A stretch of 64,000 nt of DNA from Dehalococcoidia bacterium (GCA_030612025.1 JAUWOR010000004.1:32001-96000); one strand, 5' to 3'. Shown: positions 17,385-28,028, counted from the first letter of the stretch. The notes: generated from the letters alone by a model not told the origin. Program-made: numbers and translations.

Positions 17385-17738
17385 TTAGCTGCTATTTGGC
17401 TCCAGCTCCTTTATGATTTTCCTTACTTTTACTCTTAAGGCAGGAATATCTTGCTTCACTGTATGCCAAACGGCGTCTATGTCCACGCCAAAATAATCAT
17501 GGATAAGCTTGTCTCTCGCTCCTGCCATCTTCTTCCAAGGTATATCTGGATATTTTTCCTTGAATTCTTGAGTTAACCTCTTAGTAGCCTCTCCCATTAT
17601 TTCAATCTCTCTCATCACACCAGCTTGAACTAAATTATTATCCATAAAATCCTTATATTTTACTTCTTTGGTGTATTCTTCGATTCGATATATAGCATCC
17701 AAAATATGCTTTAGATATACCTGATTGTCCTTCTTCAC
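17385..17738 (-). CDS. HEPN DUF86 (HepT-like) RNase toxin
   Basis: IPWKKMAGARDKLIHDYFGVD contains RxxxxH. Confidence 0.92.
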   Translation of the reverse strand: MKKDNQVYLKHILDAIYRIEEYTKEVKYKDFMDNNLVQAGVMREIEIMGEATKRLTQEFKEKYPDIPWKKMAGARDKLIHDYFGVDIDAVWHTVKQDIPALRVKVRKIIKELEPNSS

Positions 17739-18034
17739 TCGTAAATCACCACCATTTCCTTCTTTATCCTGTCAACTAAATAGGGGCTTATGGATTTTTC
17801 GGTTAGCAAATCTACCTTTATACCTAACGCTTCGGATAGTTCCTGTTCTATTCCTACAATATCAAGAAGAGTTTTCCCTTCCGAAAATTCAACAATAATA
17901 TCCATATCGCTTTCTGGGTTTGCTTCACCTCTTGCATAAGATCCAAAAATACTTACTTTCCTTACTCCATAGCTTGCGAGGATTGAAGTTACTTTTTTAA
18001 ATATTATATTTGTCGCAATTTTGCTTTTATTCAT
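17735..18034 (-). CDS. Minimal nucleotidyltransferase (MNT) antitoxin
   Basis: FGSYARGE..SDMD; start MNKSK (the longer ORF runs into the tRNA). Confidence 0.92.
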   Translation of the reverse strand: MNKSKIATNIIFKKVTSILASYGVRKVSIFGSYARGEANPESDMDIIVEFSEGKTLLDIVGIEQELSEALGIKVDLLTEKSISPYLVDRIKKEMVVIYE

Positions 18035-18057
18035 CTTGTCGCCTTCATTTATCTCAG

Positions 18058-18146
18058 TGGCGGAGAGGGTGGGATTCGAACCCACGAGGCAATTGCTGCC
18101 CACCGCTTTTCGAGAGCGGCACCATCAACCACTCGGTCACCTCTCC
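18058..18146 (-). tRNA. tRNA-Ser(CGA)
   Basis: Cloverleaf, CCGCT-CTCGAAA-AGCGG, encoded CCA. Confidence 0.95.
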
Positions 18147-18257
18147 TTGCTTATAGTGGTAATTATACCATATAGTTCATATCAGCCATGTGCTTTATAG
18201 CTCGCCCTTTATATAGTATGATTGTCTCATGCCACTAAGCGCTAGGAGCTATAACCT

Positions 18258-19274
18258 TTGATTTGGTTCAAGTTTGTTCTATGTCTGGCCATCATCCTAT
18301 TTGCTGGAACAAAGCTAGCTCGGTATGGGGATGCTATTGCCGAGAAGACAGGCTTAGGACGAATATGGATAGGGCTGGTGCTTCTTGCTGCTATTACCAC
18401 CATGCCTGAGCTGGTCACTAGTATGAGCTCAGTTGCTTTAGTTAGGCCCCCTTCCCCCGATTTAGCTTTGGGCACCCTTTTTGGAAGTTGCTTGTTCAAT
18501 CTCTCTATCCTGGCTTTGCTGGATATTCTGCACCGCTCTACCCCAGTCTTGACCGAAGCAAGTCTGAGACATACAGCATCGGCTGGCTGGGGGATATTGC
18601 TTATTGCTATTGCCGCTGGGGGTATCCTTGCTGAAGCGAGGTTTCCTGGAATGGCTCTGGGACGAATGGGCGTACCAAGCATTATTATTCTTGTGGTGTA
18701 TTTGGTAGGTATGAGACAAATGTTCCTCTCTGAACGTGGCCACCAATCGGCCACAGCGAAAGCTGATTCTCTCCAATATAAGGAGATCCCGGCAAAGACA
18801 GTATATCTCAGATTTGCATTGGCCGCGGCAGCAATTATTGCCGCTGGAATATGGCTGTCATTCATTGGTAATAAGATTGCCGAGACTACTGGTTGGGGGG
18901 CCAGTTTTGTTGGCAGTTTATTCCTAGCTATCGCTACCTCGGCACCCGAGCTGGTAGTTGCTACAACTGCCCTGCGTATTGGAGCTATAGATATGGCAGT
19001 CGCCGATGTATTAGGCGCTAATATGCTTGATATCACCGTCATTTTCCCGGTTGACGTTTTTTATAGCAAAGGATTTATTCTCTCCTCGGTATCGGGTAGT
19101 CACCTTATTACTGCTGTGGTGGTAGTGGTGATGAACCTTCTTGTTATTCTTGGGCTGAAGTTTCGGCAGAGACGCAAGACTTTTGTTGTCATTAGTTGGT
19201 ATGCCCTGGCCTTAATCGGGCTTTATATTTTTGGCGCCTATGCCTTATTTACCTCAGGCACAAGCTTAGGGTAA
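18258..19274 (+). CDS. Na+/Ca2+ exchanger family (CaCA/YrbG-like) antiporter
   Basis: Two alpha repeats, TTMPEL and TSAPEL; multi-pass hydrophobic. Confidence 0.88.
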   Translation: MIWFKFVLCLAIILFAGTKLARYGDAIAEKTGLGRIWIGLVLLAAITTMPELVTSMSSVALVRPPSPDLALGTLFGSCLFNLSILALLDILHRSTPVLTEASLRHTASAGWGILLIAIAAGGILAEARFPGMALGRMGVPSIIILVVYLVGMRQMFLSERGHQSATAKADSLQYKEIPAKTVYLRFALAAAAIIAAGIWLSFIGNKIAETTGWGASFVGSLFLAIATSAPELVVATTALRIGAIDMAVADVLGANMLDITVIFPVDVFYSKGFILSSVSGSHLITAVVVVVMNLLVILGLKFRQRRKTFVVISWYALALIGLYIFGAYALFTSGTSLG

Positions 19275-19386
19275 ACCCTTATTTAAATGATTACCCTTTT
19301 CTTGACTCAGCTTTCCACCGGGAATAATATACCAGTGATAATTACAGATGCCACCTCAGCGTTAGAAGAATCCCTAGGAAGAACCT

Positions 19387-20475
19387 ATGATACATAAATG
19401 CCGCTACCTTATGTGGCTTATTTGGAAAAAGATTATTTACCGCCCGGTGTTATCGATCCTTCTCCTGCTAGTATTTGTCTACTTTGGTGCCACCTTCGCC
19501 GTTATGGCATATGAGAAGGTCGGGCTTGGCAGTGCCACAGCGCTGATCTTACCTGCCTTCTTTGGCGAATTAGGAATAGTGGAAAGCCCCTTCTTAGCAG
19601 TCCGGATTAGCATTGTGGCTGGACTGATAGCTAGCATTACCTTTCTAGCCATCATTACGGCTAAAATCACAAGCTTGCTTGTTGAATTCATTAGAAGAGG
19701 AGGAAGCATGGTGAAAAAGGTCAATTTTTCGGGTCACATTGTAATCTGTAGCTGGAATTTCCAGGGAGAGCGAATCGTTAACCAGCTACTGCCGCCTAAC
19801 CAGAAGCAATACCGCCACATCGTGGTTCTGGCTAATACAGAGCAACGACCGGTAAAGGATGAGCGTGTTGAGTTCATAAAAGGTGACCCCACTCAGGAAG
19901 AAAACCTGGTTCGAGCTGGGGTAATGAGAGCCGACAGCGTTATTGTACTCACCGACCTTTCCAAGAGTGCTAATGAGGCTGATGCTGAAGCTCTTATGGT
20001 GGTGCTGGCAGTGGAATCTCTAAACCGAAAAGTCCATACCTGTGTACAGCTCCTTAACTCCGCTAACCGTATGCATTTGGAGCGCGCCCATGCTGACGAG
20101 ATTATTTGTCTCGATCAGCTTGGAGGGAACCTTGTTGTGGCTTCAGCCTTAAATCACGGCGTTTCGCGCGTAGTGGCGGAGTTATTAACCTTCAATATAG
20201 GTAGTGAGTTCTACCGTTACGATGGTCATATATCAGATGCACTGGTGGGGAGGGAGTTTGCTGAGGCGGTGCAGGTATTGACACAGCGACGCATGATTCT
20301 CCTGGCTGTGGAGACCAATTACTCGGAAGAACTGCGATCGCAACTAAGCGCTGATATCCTGTATAAGTTGCCAGAAGAGAAACGGGTGATGGTGGTTAAT
20401 CCGCAGTCCCAGTACAAAATTCGCCAGAGCGATGCTCTCTTTGTAATTGCAGAATCAGCGCCGACCAAACTCTGA
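19387..20475 (+). CDS. Membrane-anchored RCK/TrkA-N domain protein (K+ channel-like)
   Basis: N-terminal TM helices, GHIVICSWN and IKGDPT; no clear GYG filter. Confidence 0.8.
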   Translation: MIHKCRYLMWLIWKKIIYRPVLSILLLLVFVYFGATFAVMAYEKVGLGSATALILPAFFGELGIVESPFLAVRISIVAGLIASITFLAIITAKITSLLVEFIRRGGSMVKKVNFSGHIVICSWNFQGERIVNQLLPPNQKQYRHIVVLANTEQRPVKDERVEFIKGDPTQEENLVRAGVMRADSVIVLTDLSKSANEADAEALMVVLAVESLNRKVHTCVQLLNSANRMHLERAHADEIICLDQLGGNLVVASALNHGVSRVVAELLTFNIGSEFYRYDGHISDALVGREFAEAVQVLTQRRMILLAVETNYSEELRSQLSADILYKLPEEKRVMVVNPQSQYKIRQSDALFVIAESAPTKL

Positions 20476-20577
20476 AAGCTATGGTGTGGCGATGTAGCAG
20501 TTGTGTGAAGTTTTAGCAATGCTAGGTCATCCAAAAGAGTTGATTAAATCACCTTGGAGTGCTAAACTGCGTTCGTG

Positions 20578-20649
20578 GCCCCTGTAGCTCAGAGGATAGA
20601 GCACTGGCCTCCGGAGCCAGGTGCAAGGGTTCGAGTCCCTTCAGGGGTA
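20578..20649 (+). tRNA. tRNA-Arg(CCG), CCA not encoded
   Basis: GCCCCTG/CAGGGGT acceptor, CTGGC-CTCCGGA-GCCAG. Confidence 0.93.
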
Positions 20650-20678
20650 TATTCTTAACTAAAGGAGGTGTTTATGAT

Positions 20679-21260
20679 ATGGCGCAACTAAAAAGAGATC
20701 CAATTGGGATAAGGTGGCATGGACGGGGCGGTCAAGGAGCAGTGACCGCAAGCAAAATCTTAGCAGAGGCAGGGAAATCTGAAGATAAGTATTTTTTGGG
20801 CTTGCCTGATTATGGAGCAGAGCGTGCCGGAGCTGCTATGCGCTCCTTTACTACGGTGAGCACTAAGCCGATAAGGGCTCTTTGTGAGATCGCTGAACCT
20901 GATGCAGTAGTGGTGCTTGATTCCACGCTTCTTGACGAAGTCAATGTGGTGGCTGGGCTTAAGGAAGACGGAGTGCTTGTGATCAATACCACTGAATCTC
21001 CAGCTAATATTCGTTCTAAGTTAGGCTATAAAGGGAAAATATATGCGGTTGACGCTACTTCCCTTTCTATAGAAAACCTGGGTAGAAATATACCTAACAT
21101 TCCCATGCTTGGCGCTCTAGCTCGGGCTGTCGAAGTAGTAAGCAAAGAAAATTTGGTTAAAATGATTAGAGAATCACTCAGCAGTAAATTTAAGGAAGCA
21201 GTTGTTGAGGGAAATGTGAAAGCCTTTGAGAAAGCTTACGAGACGGTTCAAGCGGGCTAA
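20679..21260 (+). CDS. porG: 2-oxoacid:ferredoxin oxidoreductase gamma subunit
   Basis: HGRGGQGAVT and YGAERAGA motifs; ATG behind AAGGAGGTG. Confidence 0.9.
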   Translation: MAQLKRDPIGIRWHGRGGQGAVTASKILAEAGKSEDKYFLGLPDYGAERAGAAMRSFTTVSTKPIRALCEIAEPDAVVVLDSTLLDEVNVVAGLKEDGVLVINTTESPANIRSKLGYKGKIYAVDATSLSIENLGRNIPNIPMLGALARAVEVVSKENLVKMIRESLSSKFKEAVVEGNVKAFEKAYETVQAG

Positions 21261-21278
21261 AAATCTTTTGGAAGGAGA

Positions 21279-21587
21279 GTGCAAATGCGGCTAAAGAGTT
21301 GGAAAGAATTAGAGACAGGTGTGGTAATTCTCGAACCAGGTAACTCGGTACTGTACAGGACAGGCACTTGGCGTACTTTTCGTCCAGTAATTGACATGGA
21401 GAAGTGTACTCATTGTATGCTTTGCTGGCTTTATTGCCCAGATGGCAGCGTTTTAGTTAAAGAGAGTAAAGTAATAGGAATTGATTATGAACATTGCAAA
21501 GGTTGTGGAATTTGTGCCTATGAGTGCCCAAAGAAGGTGATCACCATGATAGAAGAAGTTAAAGCAAGAACGGAGGAGGCAAAATAA
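21279..21587 (+). CDS. porD: 2-oxoacid:ferredoxin oxidoreductase delta subunit
   Basis: TGTWRTFRP and two CxxCxxCxxxCP motifs. Confidence 0.9.
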   Translation: MQMRLKSWKELETGVVILEPGNSVLYRTGTWRTFRPVIDMEKCTHCMLCWLYCPDGSVLVKESKVIGIDYEHCKGCGICAYECPKKVITMIEEVKARTEEAK

Positions 21588-22792
21588 TGACTGAAGTTAT
21601 GGTAAGAAAGGCTGAAGTTAAAGCTCTTGAAGGTGATAAGGCAGTTACTGAAGCCATGCGTCAGATAAATCCTGATATCGTGGCTGCTTATCCTGTTACC
21701 CCTCAAACTGAGATTGTTATGGAGTTCAGCCAATTCGTCGCCGAAGGTTTGGTAGATACGGAGTTCATCCCTGTGGAAAGCGAGTTTGCTGCTATGAGCT
21801 CTTGCGTAGGGGCTTCTTGTGCTGGTGCTCGAGCCATGTCAGCTACCTGTGGGCCGGGATTAGAACTCATGTGGGAAAACCTCTGGGTTGCTTCAGGGCT
21901 TCGCTGTCCTATTGTGATGGCAGTGGTTAATAGGTCTCATGCCGCTCCCCTTAACATACTTACTGACCAGACCGATATGATGGGGTCCCGTGATACAGGT
22001 TGGGTTCAAATTTACGCCGAAAACCATCAAGAAGTTTATGATAACTTCATCCAGGCGGTACGCATAGCAGAGCACCCCGATATTCTCCTGCCAATAATGT
22101 CTGGTCACGCTGGCTTTGTTTTAGGGCATACTCTGGGTCGAGTTGAAGTCTTGCCCGACGAGGTAGTAAGGAATTTTGTTGGAGAGTATAAACCCCTTTA
22201 TTCCCTCTTAGATATAGACCATCCCAAAACTTTTGGAGCTTACGATCACTGGGATTATTTTTTCGAACACAGACGTCAGGTATTCGAAGCAATAAATAAC
22301 GCCTTAAGAGTTATCCCAGAGATCGGGCAGAAATATGGCAAAATTAGCGGGAGGTATTACGGACTGGTTGAGCCCTACAGGCTTGATGATGCCGATGTGG
22401 TGATTATGATCATAGGTTCAGGGGCAGGTGCCTGCAGGGAAGCCGTGGATGAGATGCGAGAAAAGGACACAAAGGCAGGGATGCTTAAAGTTCGTTGCTT
22501 TCGTCCCTTCCCAACTGAGGAAGTGGTAAAGGCCCTTAAGGATAAAAAGGCAGTGGCAGTGATGGATAGATGCGCTTGCTTTGGAGCTGAGGGAGGTCCT
22601 TTATTCATCGAGACCTGCGCAGCCTTCTTCAATCGTGGTCTACGCATGAAGCTCATCGATTACTTTTATGGCTTAGGTGGCCGGGACACTGTTCCCTCTG
22701 AATTTTGTGACATTTTCCGCGAACTATCTCAAATTGCCGAGACCGGTGAGATTAAGCCGCCGCTCGTTAGATATCTTGCCGTTAGAGAGTAA
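21587..22792 (+). CDS. porA: 2-oxoacid:ferredoxin oxidoreductase alpha subunit
   Basis: AYPVTPQT, ESE and GLGGRD motifs. Confidence 0.9.
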   Translation: MTEVMVRKAEVKALEGDKAVTEAMRQINPDIVAAYPVTPQTEIVMEFSQFVAEGLVDTEFIPVESEFAAMSSCVGASCAGARAMSATCGPGLELMWENLWVASGLRCPIVMAVVNRSHAAPLNILTDQTDMMGSRDTGWVQIYAENHQEVYDNFIQAVRIAEHPDILLPIMSGHAGFVLGHTLGRVEVLPDEVVRNFVGEYKPLYSLLDIDHPKTFGAYDHWDYFFEHRRQVFEAINNALRVIPEIGQKYGKISGRYYGLVEPYRLDDADVVIMIIGSGAGACREAVDEMREKDTKAGMLKVRCFRPFPTEEVVKALKDKKAVAVMDRCACFGAEGGPLFIETCAAFFNRGLRMKLIDYFYGLGGRDTVPSEFCDIFRELSQIAETGEIKPPLVRYLAVRE

Positions 22793-22801
22793 GGAGGTAA
22801 T

Positions 22802-23734
22802 ATGCCAATAAAGTTAAAGGAGATATGTAATCAGGAAGATAAAATAGCGCCGGGGCACAGAGCCTGTCATGGATGTCCAGAAACCATTGTCGTTCGACAG
22901 GTATTGCACACAATAACTGCCATGGGTAAGCCGGTAATAACGGCTTGCCCCACCGGCTGTCTGGAGGTTTGTACCTCCCCTTATCCACAGACTGCTTGGC
23001 GGGTTCCTTGGATTCACAATGCTTTTGAGAACGTTTCCAGCACATTGGCTGCTGCCTGGTCGACTTATAAGCATTTTGTCAAGCTAGGCAAGATGGAAGA
23101 CCGCGACATCAAATTTGTGGTCTTTGGGGGAGATGGAGCTACCTATGATATCGGGCTCCAGTTTATAAGTGGGGTAATAGAGCGAGGCCAGCATATACTT
23201 TATGTTTGTCTTAATAACGAGGCTTATATGAATACCGGAATTCAACGCAGCGGGGCAACCCCCCTCGGTGCTTGGACTACCACCACCCCGGTGGGAAAGG
23301 TCTTGCCGGGCAAAACAGAACACCGTAAGGACGTCGTTGGTATGTTTGTTGCTAATGGTATTCCTTACGCTGCTCAGGCAGCACCACATGCCTGGCGTGA
23401 CCTAATGACTAAGGTTCAGAAAGCAGTTTCAATTGAGGGTCCCTCCTACATCGATGTAATAGCACCTTGCCCTCGTGGCTGGCGTTTCCCCATGGATCAG
23501 ACCATCTATATGTCTCGACTTGCCGTTGATACTTGTATGTGGCCGCTTTATGAAGTTGAGAATGGTAAATATAAGATAACCTCAAGGCCTCTTGAGAAAA
23601 AGCCGGTAATAGAATATTTGAAGGCGCAAGGGAGATTTGGGCATTTACTTCTCCCTGAAAACAAGCACATAGCTGATGAACTGCAGAGGAAAGTAGACCA
23701 GGATTGGGAGGAATTGCAGAAGCGAGCAAAGTGA
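22802..23734 (+). CDS. porB: 2-oxoacid:ferredoxin oxidoreductase beta subunit
   Basis: GHRACHGC and GGDG...NNEAYMNTG TPP-binding motif. Confidence 0.9.
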   Translation: MPIKLKEICNQEDKIAPGHRACHGCPETIVVRQVLHTITAMGKPVITACPTGCLEVCTSPYPQTAWRVPWIHNAFENVSSTLAAAWSTYKHFVKLGKMEDRDIKFVVFGGDGATYDIGLQFISGVIERGQHILYVCLNNEAYMNTGIQRSGATPLGAWTTTTPVGKVLPGKTEHRKDVVGMFVANGIPYAAQAAPHAWRDLMTKVQKAVSIEGPSYIDVIAPCPRGWRFPMDQTIYMSRLAVDTCMWPLYEVENGKYKITSRPLEKKPVIEYLKAQGRFGHLLLPENKHIADELQRKVDQDWEELQKRAK

Positions 23735-23789
23735 TATTTAACCCTGAAAGTTTTGGAGCTTGGAATTTAGGATTTGTGATTTAAGTTAG

Positions 23790-23866
<77 letters not shown>

Positions 23867-24049
23867 AAATAGGAAATAAGAGGCTTAGACCTCATGGTCT
23901 TTTCCGGGGCGGGTCGGCAAATGAATAATGGCCGATCAAATTAGAGGCGTCGCCAGGGACCTCCCTAAGTCCCTGGCTAGTAGAAATGGCTCCGAATCGT
24001 CCTCACGTAAAGCATCTCCAAGAATAGTTTATCACCTGAGCAGCCTTGC

Positions 24050-24901
24050 TTACTTTGGACAGAGCTTGCCACTATAGCGGATATAATCCCGGCGTACTAG
24101 AATTTCTTCCAACTGCCTTTGTATTTTGTCCTTCAATGTGCAGAGGGCATTAAAAAGCTTTTTCATACGACCCATCGTATCACCTTGCATACAATCATCG
24201 AATACCTCTCGATATCTCCTCTCATATTCTCTTTGCTTATCTCCATTTGTTTTAACCACTATTACATTCTCGCCATCAACGCAGAGGATCATAACTGCTC
24301 GCCCTGTCTGGGTTGTCGCCTCTTGCCAGCTAAAGTGAAAGGCCACAGGCTTCTCTCCTGCAAGCGTCAAACCTAAACGCTTGACCATAGGTTTCTCAAA
24401 TTCTGGCGTCAGCCTTGATCCAGGGTAGTCGCAACCCCTAACCCTGAGCTCCATTTTCGTCTCGCCCTCCTTCACCAGATCCTCTAGCAAATTCTCACTC
24501 AAGTCTATATATTGTGCATGTTTTTCTTTCCAAGCCTCATAATCCGCCCACAACGATTTGAAAGGCAAATGCTCCCCAAGATATTTAAAAAGTGGCTCCT
24601 TCTCCACATTCCTACAGTCTGTTAAAGTATCCTGACTAATTTTGAATGCATCCAGTTTAATACTATCCTTCCACTTTATAATTAGCTCTCTTATCTCAGC
24701 CATATGTTCAGCTGTTGCATCTTCTAATCTCCTTCTCCTCACTCGCTCCGTCCTTTCCTCTTCCTCAGCAAGCTCTAAATGACGCTTCATTGTCCTCTGA
24801 TCCCAAATGCCAAAACTCTTCATTATTTCAGCGTATGTAGCGCCATCTCTATGAAGCCGAAGCATTCTCTTCCTTTGAGAGGGTGTTATTCTCCCTGGCA
24901 T
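24050..24901 (-). CDS. Hypothetical protein with N-terminal HTH-like region
   Basis: RMLRLHRDGATYAEIMKSFGI pattern; 283-aa ORF. Confidence 0.6.
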   Translation of the reverse strand: MPGRITPSQRKRMLRLHRDGATYAEIMKSFGIWDQRTMKRHLELAEEEERTERVRRRRLEDATAEHMAEIRELIIKWKDSIKLDAFKISQDTLTDCRNVEKEPLFKYLGEHLPFKSLWADYEAWKEKHAQYIDLSENLLEDLVKEGETKMELRVRGCDYPGSRLTPEFEKPMVKRLGLTLAGEKPVAFHFSWQEATTQTGRAVMILCVDGENVIVVKTNGDKQREYERRYREVFDDCMQGDTMGRMKKLFNALCTLKDKIQRQLEEILVRRDYIRYSGKLCPK

Positions 24902-25099
24902 CTTTAAAAAATCACCTTTCCAGTTTTTGCAGTTTGCTAAGCTTTGAAAATGCCTTATTTTGTATTTTCAGTGCACTTCCTAACTTGCCATTTTGTATTT
25001 TACCACATTTATGTTTTTCCCGTACCACCTTATACTGACAGCGTAACTAGAAATACGGAAATCGGTTGAATGCAAGTCCATATTAACTCTCCTTTAAAG

Positions 25100-25130
25100 T
25101 ATAGCCCGCTTTCGACCAGAGCGGGCTATA
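25100..25130. terminator. Hairpin with TCGACCA loop
   Basis: tatagcccgctt-tcgacca-gagcgggctata. Confidence 0.5.
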
Positions 25131-25191
25131 TTGTTAGAAGGGATGCTTTGTGGAAATTTCTGGCGGAACAGAGAGGAGGCATTGCATAAAT

Positions 25192-26082
25192 ATGATGGAG
25201 CAAAGAATAGGTACTGTAGATAAGTTAAAGATCATTTCTTTAGTAGAGAATTCCCCGAGATATGATTCCTACCTTAAAGGTTGCAACGGTATATCCTTTT
25301 GGCTTGAAGTAACAGCAGGGGATATTCACAGAAATATTCTCTTCGATGTTGGGCCTGTAGCCGAACCAGTTATTTATAACGCAAAAAAACTCAATCTTAA
25401 GCTTTCTGAAGTAGACATGATAGTTTTATCACATTGTCATTTTGATCATACTGCGGGTTTAGCCGGCGTTATCCCTGAAATTGGGCATGAAGTCCCGATC
25501 TTTGGACACCCCGACATATTTAGACCAAATTTTACTTTAAAGCCTGAATTCATGAACTATGCCATGGTTGGTGAAAACAGAAGAGAGAGCATAGAGCAAC
25601 TTGGGGGTTATTTTATCCTTACAAAGTCGCCTATTGAACCGATTCCTGGCCTTATGGTGACTGGAGAAGTGGAAAAGACCACTGATTTTGAAGAAGTTGG
25701 TGGTGTCTCCTGCTTTACAATTGATACCGAAGGTAATCTTGTTCCTGATAACTTGAAAGATGACTATTCCATAGTGATTAACTTAAAGGATAGAGGTATT
25801 GTGATTATAACTGGTTGTGGCCATGCGGGGCCAGTTAATATCATTAAGCATTCCATCAAAATCTCCGGTGTAGATAAACTGGAAGGCATAATAGGCGGAT
25901 TCCACCTTTTACAAGCTGGTCAAGAAAGAATAGACCTTACCATTGAAGAACTTAAAAAATTCAAGCCAAGATGGATTGCCCCCATGCATTGCACCGGTGT
26001 GATACCTACAGCTAAGATAGCATTGGCTTTTGAGAGCGAGTCCCGAGAAATGCATGCCGGGAATATTATTAATTTACCTTGA
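25192..26082 (+). CDS. MBL-fold metallohydrolase (COG1237-like)
   Basis: SHCHFDH, TGCGHAG, GGFHL and PMHCTG motifs. Confidence 0.85.
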   Translation: MMEQRIGTVDKLKIISLVENSPRYDSYLKGCNGISFWLEVTAGDIHRNILFDVGPVAEPVIYNAKKLNLKLSEVDMIVLSHCHFDHTAGLAGVIPEIGHEVPIFGHPDIFRPNFTLKPEFMNYAMVGENRRESIEQLGGYFILTKSPIEPIPGLMVTGEVEKTTDFEEVGGVSCFTIDTEGNLVPDNLKDDYSIVINLKDRGIVIITGCGHAGPVNIIKHSIKISGVDKLEGIIGGFHLLQAGQERIDLTIEELKKFKPRWIAPMHCTGVIPTAKIALAFESESREMHAGNIINLP

Positions 26083-26124
26083 GAAATTTTTATGAATTTT
26101 ATAAGGATAGGAAAATCTAAACCA

Positions 26125-26266
26125 AGGGTGTTTAAAAATGTAGTACGAGGCTTTAGCCTCGTGCACGACCCTAAAGGGTCGCACTACGAGAATCTTGGAG
26201 ATGAAGAGTATTAAAACTGGATGAGGCAAATCCAGTTTTGAATCTGAGGCAAAATTAAACAGCCTC
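26125..26266 (+). mobile_element. Composite MITE copy
   Basis: agggtgtttaaaaat-GTAG palindrome pair-...aaaattaaacagcctc. Confidence 0.75.
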
Positions 26267-26354
26267 ATAAACTATAAAGGAGGTAAAAAGGGCTAGAAGC
26301 TAGAAATAGGGAAGTTTAATCTGTTATGAAAAATAAAAAGGAGGGAAGAAAACG

Positions 26355-27701
26355 ATGGAAAAGGGGAAAGGTGGACTTAAGAGAGAAGTAGGGCTATTTG
26401 GAGTTATAGCATTTGCGGCCGGGTCAGTTATAGGTGCAGGCCCGATGGTTCTAGCTGGTGGAGCTTCAGCGCTTTGTGGTCCCGCTGTCTGGCTGGCATA
26501 TATTATTATTGGCATACCGCTGATAATCGTGGCCATTTCCTACGCGGGTGTGGCCTCTGCTATGCCTGTAGAAGGAGGTACATACTATTATCCTTCTAGA
26601 ATATATTCGCCTTTCTGGGGATTCTTGTCAGGCTGGACTAGATGGTTGGCATACATTACGCCAATAGCTGTTACGGCCATAGCCTTTTCAGACCACATCC
26701 ACACGGTGGCCCCGGTGATTCCTGCAGTGGTGCTTATGGTTGGGTTTATTGGAATTTTCTACATCTTGAATGTAGTGGGCATTAAAATATCATCGATAGC
26801 TCAGATGATAATGTTTAGCATACTTGTAGTTGGTCTGCTTGTCTTTGGCTTTAAGGGGTTGACAAGCATCAACTCAGAATTTATGACGCCAATGCAACCT
26901 TTTGGCTTTAGCGGGACAGTAAAGGCCGCCGCTCTTCTCTTTTTCGCCTATGTAGGATTCACAATGGCTGCCGAAATTGGTGAAGAGGTAAAAAATCCCG
27001 GGAAAAATGTTCCCAGGGGAATGGTAATAGGAATATTGCTTTGTGTTTTTGTATATGTTGTTATGTCTGTTGCTGCTTCTGGTAACCTAATTTGGTCTGA
27101 GCAGGCTGCCTCATCAACACCTATTTTTGATGCCGGTAAAGTTGTTTTGCCAGCAGCTGCCGCAACTATTTTCCTGCTGGTAGTTATCATGGCTGTTAGT
27201 ACTTCGCAAAATGCTTTTCAACTGGGGTGTTCACGTATGCTTTTGACCTTGGGGCGGGATAAAGTAATTCCCAAGAAGCTTAGCTCAGTGAATCCGCGTT
27301 TCGGGACGCCAATCTGGGCCTTAAGTGCAAGTGTGCTTATTGCTCTAATATTTATAGCTTCCGGGAAAGGTTTGATATTTGCCTGTTATACTTGTAACCT
27401 CAACTTTCTCTTTAGCTATATAACAGTAATGATTGCTACCATCTTTTTACCTCGGAATAAGCCAGAACTTTATGAAAAAGCACCATTTAAACTCAAGGGT
27501 GCCATGAACTATGTGCTTCCTATAATTGCCATAGTGGTTTCCATTATTTTTATGGCATTACAAGAACCAATGGCTATGGTGTGGACTGCAGTCTGGTTAG
27601 CAATCGGAGTAAGTGTTTATTTCGTACGCAAGAGTCAATTAGCAAAAGAAGGTGTTAAGTTAGAAGACCTTCTGAAGCGTATGCCAGAAGAAATGGAATA
27701 A
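26355..27701 (+). CDS. APC-family amino acid permease
   Basis: GSVIGAG, EGGTY and FFAYVGF...EEVKNP motifs; about 12 TM segments. Confidence 0.92.
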   Translation: MEKGKGGLKREVGLFGVIAFAAGSVIGAGPMVLAGGASALCGPAVWLAYIIIGIPLIIVAISYAGVASAMPVEGGTYYYPSRIYSPFWGFLSGWTRWLAYITPIAVTAIAFSDHIHTVAPVIPAVVLMVGFIGIFYILNVVGIKISSIAQMIMFSILVVGLLVFGFKGLTSINSEFMTPMQPFGFSGTVKAAALLFFAYVGFTMAAEIGEEVKNPGKNVPRGMVIGILLCVFVYVVMSVAASGNLIWSEQAASSTPIFDAGKVVLPAAAATIFLLVVIMAVSTSQNAFQLGCSRMLLTLGRDKVIPKKLSSVNPRFGTPIWALSASVLIALIFIASGKGLIFACYTCNLNFLFSYITVMIATIFLPRNKPELYEKAPFKLKGAMNYVLPIIAIVVSIIFMALQEPMAMVWTAVWLAIGVSVYFVRKSQLAKEGVKLEDLLKRMPEEME

Positions 27702-27723
27702 CTTTAGCCAAACATCAGATCTT

Positions 27724-27760
27724 CAGGAAGGTCCACTCTCGACCAGAGTGGACCTTCCTG
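27724..27760 (+). terminator. Perfect 15-bp hairpin with TCGACCA loop
   Basis: caggaaggtccactc-tcgacca-gagtggaccttcctg. Confidence 0.6.
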
Positions 27761-28028
27761 CCTGTGTAGGCCAAGCTTGAGTCTTTTGGTGCTGTTCCGC
27801 TTTTATTAACACAAGAGGGTGGGGGTTCGAACCCTCAACCAAGGGGGAAAACAAGGGTTCCAGGGGTTCAGCAACTCTCCGACTCTTAATCAGCTAATTT
27901 CCGCCTGATTTGATTTTCTTACTTCACAACTGCTATGCTTTTCCACAAGAGGAGGCAGGCGGATTTCGCCCCTTTTGTAGCTCGGTTTGGGACCATGAGG
28001 TCGGAGGTTCGAATCCTCTCACCCCAAT

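Noticed and set aside
18242-19042. 266-aa antisense ORF and other shadow ORFs opposite housekeeping genes
   Set aside because: Lie opposite well-supported genes and have no motifs of their own
20558-20566. GAGTGCTAA half-CIRCE upstream of tRNA-Arg
   Set aside because: No TTAGCACTC arm 9 bp upstream
20559-20678. N-terminal extensions in the ORF track (porG, clpP, pepP, dcd, MNT, HAD enzyme)
   Set aside because: They run through tRNAs, repeats or neighbouring genes; better starts lie downstream
27815-27895. tRNA-like fragments gggttcgaaccc and gactcttaatcag
   Set aside because: Wrong order and no cloverleaf; too short to call
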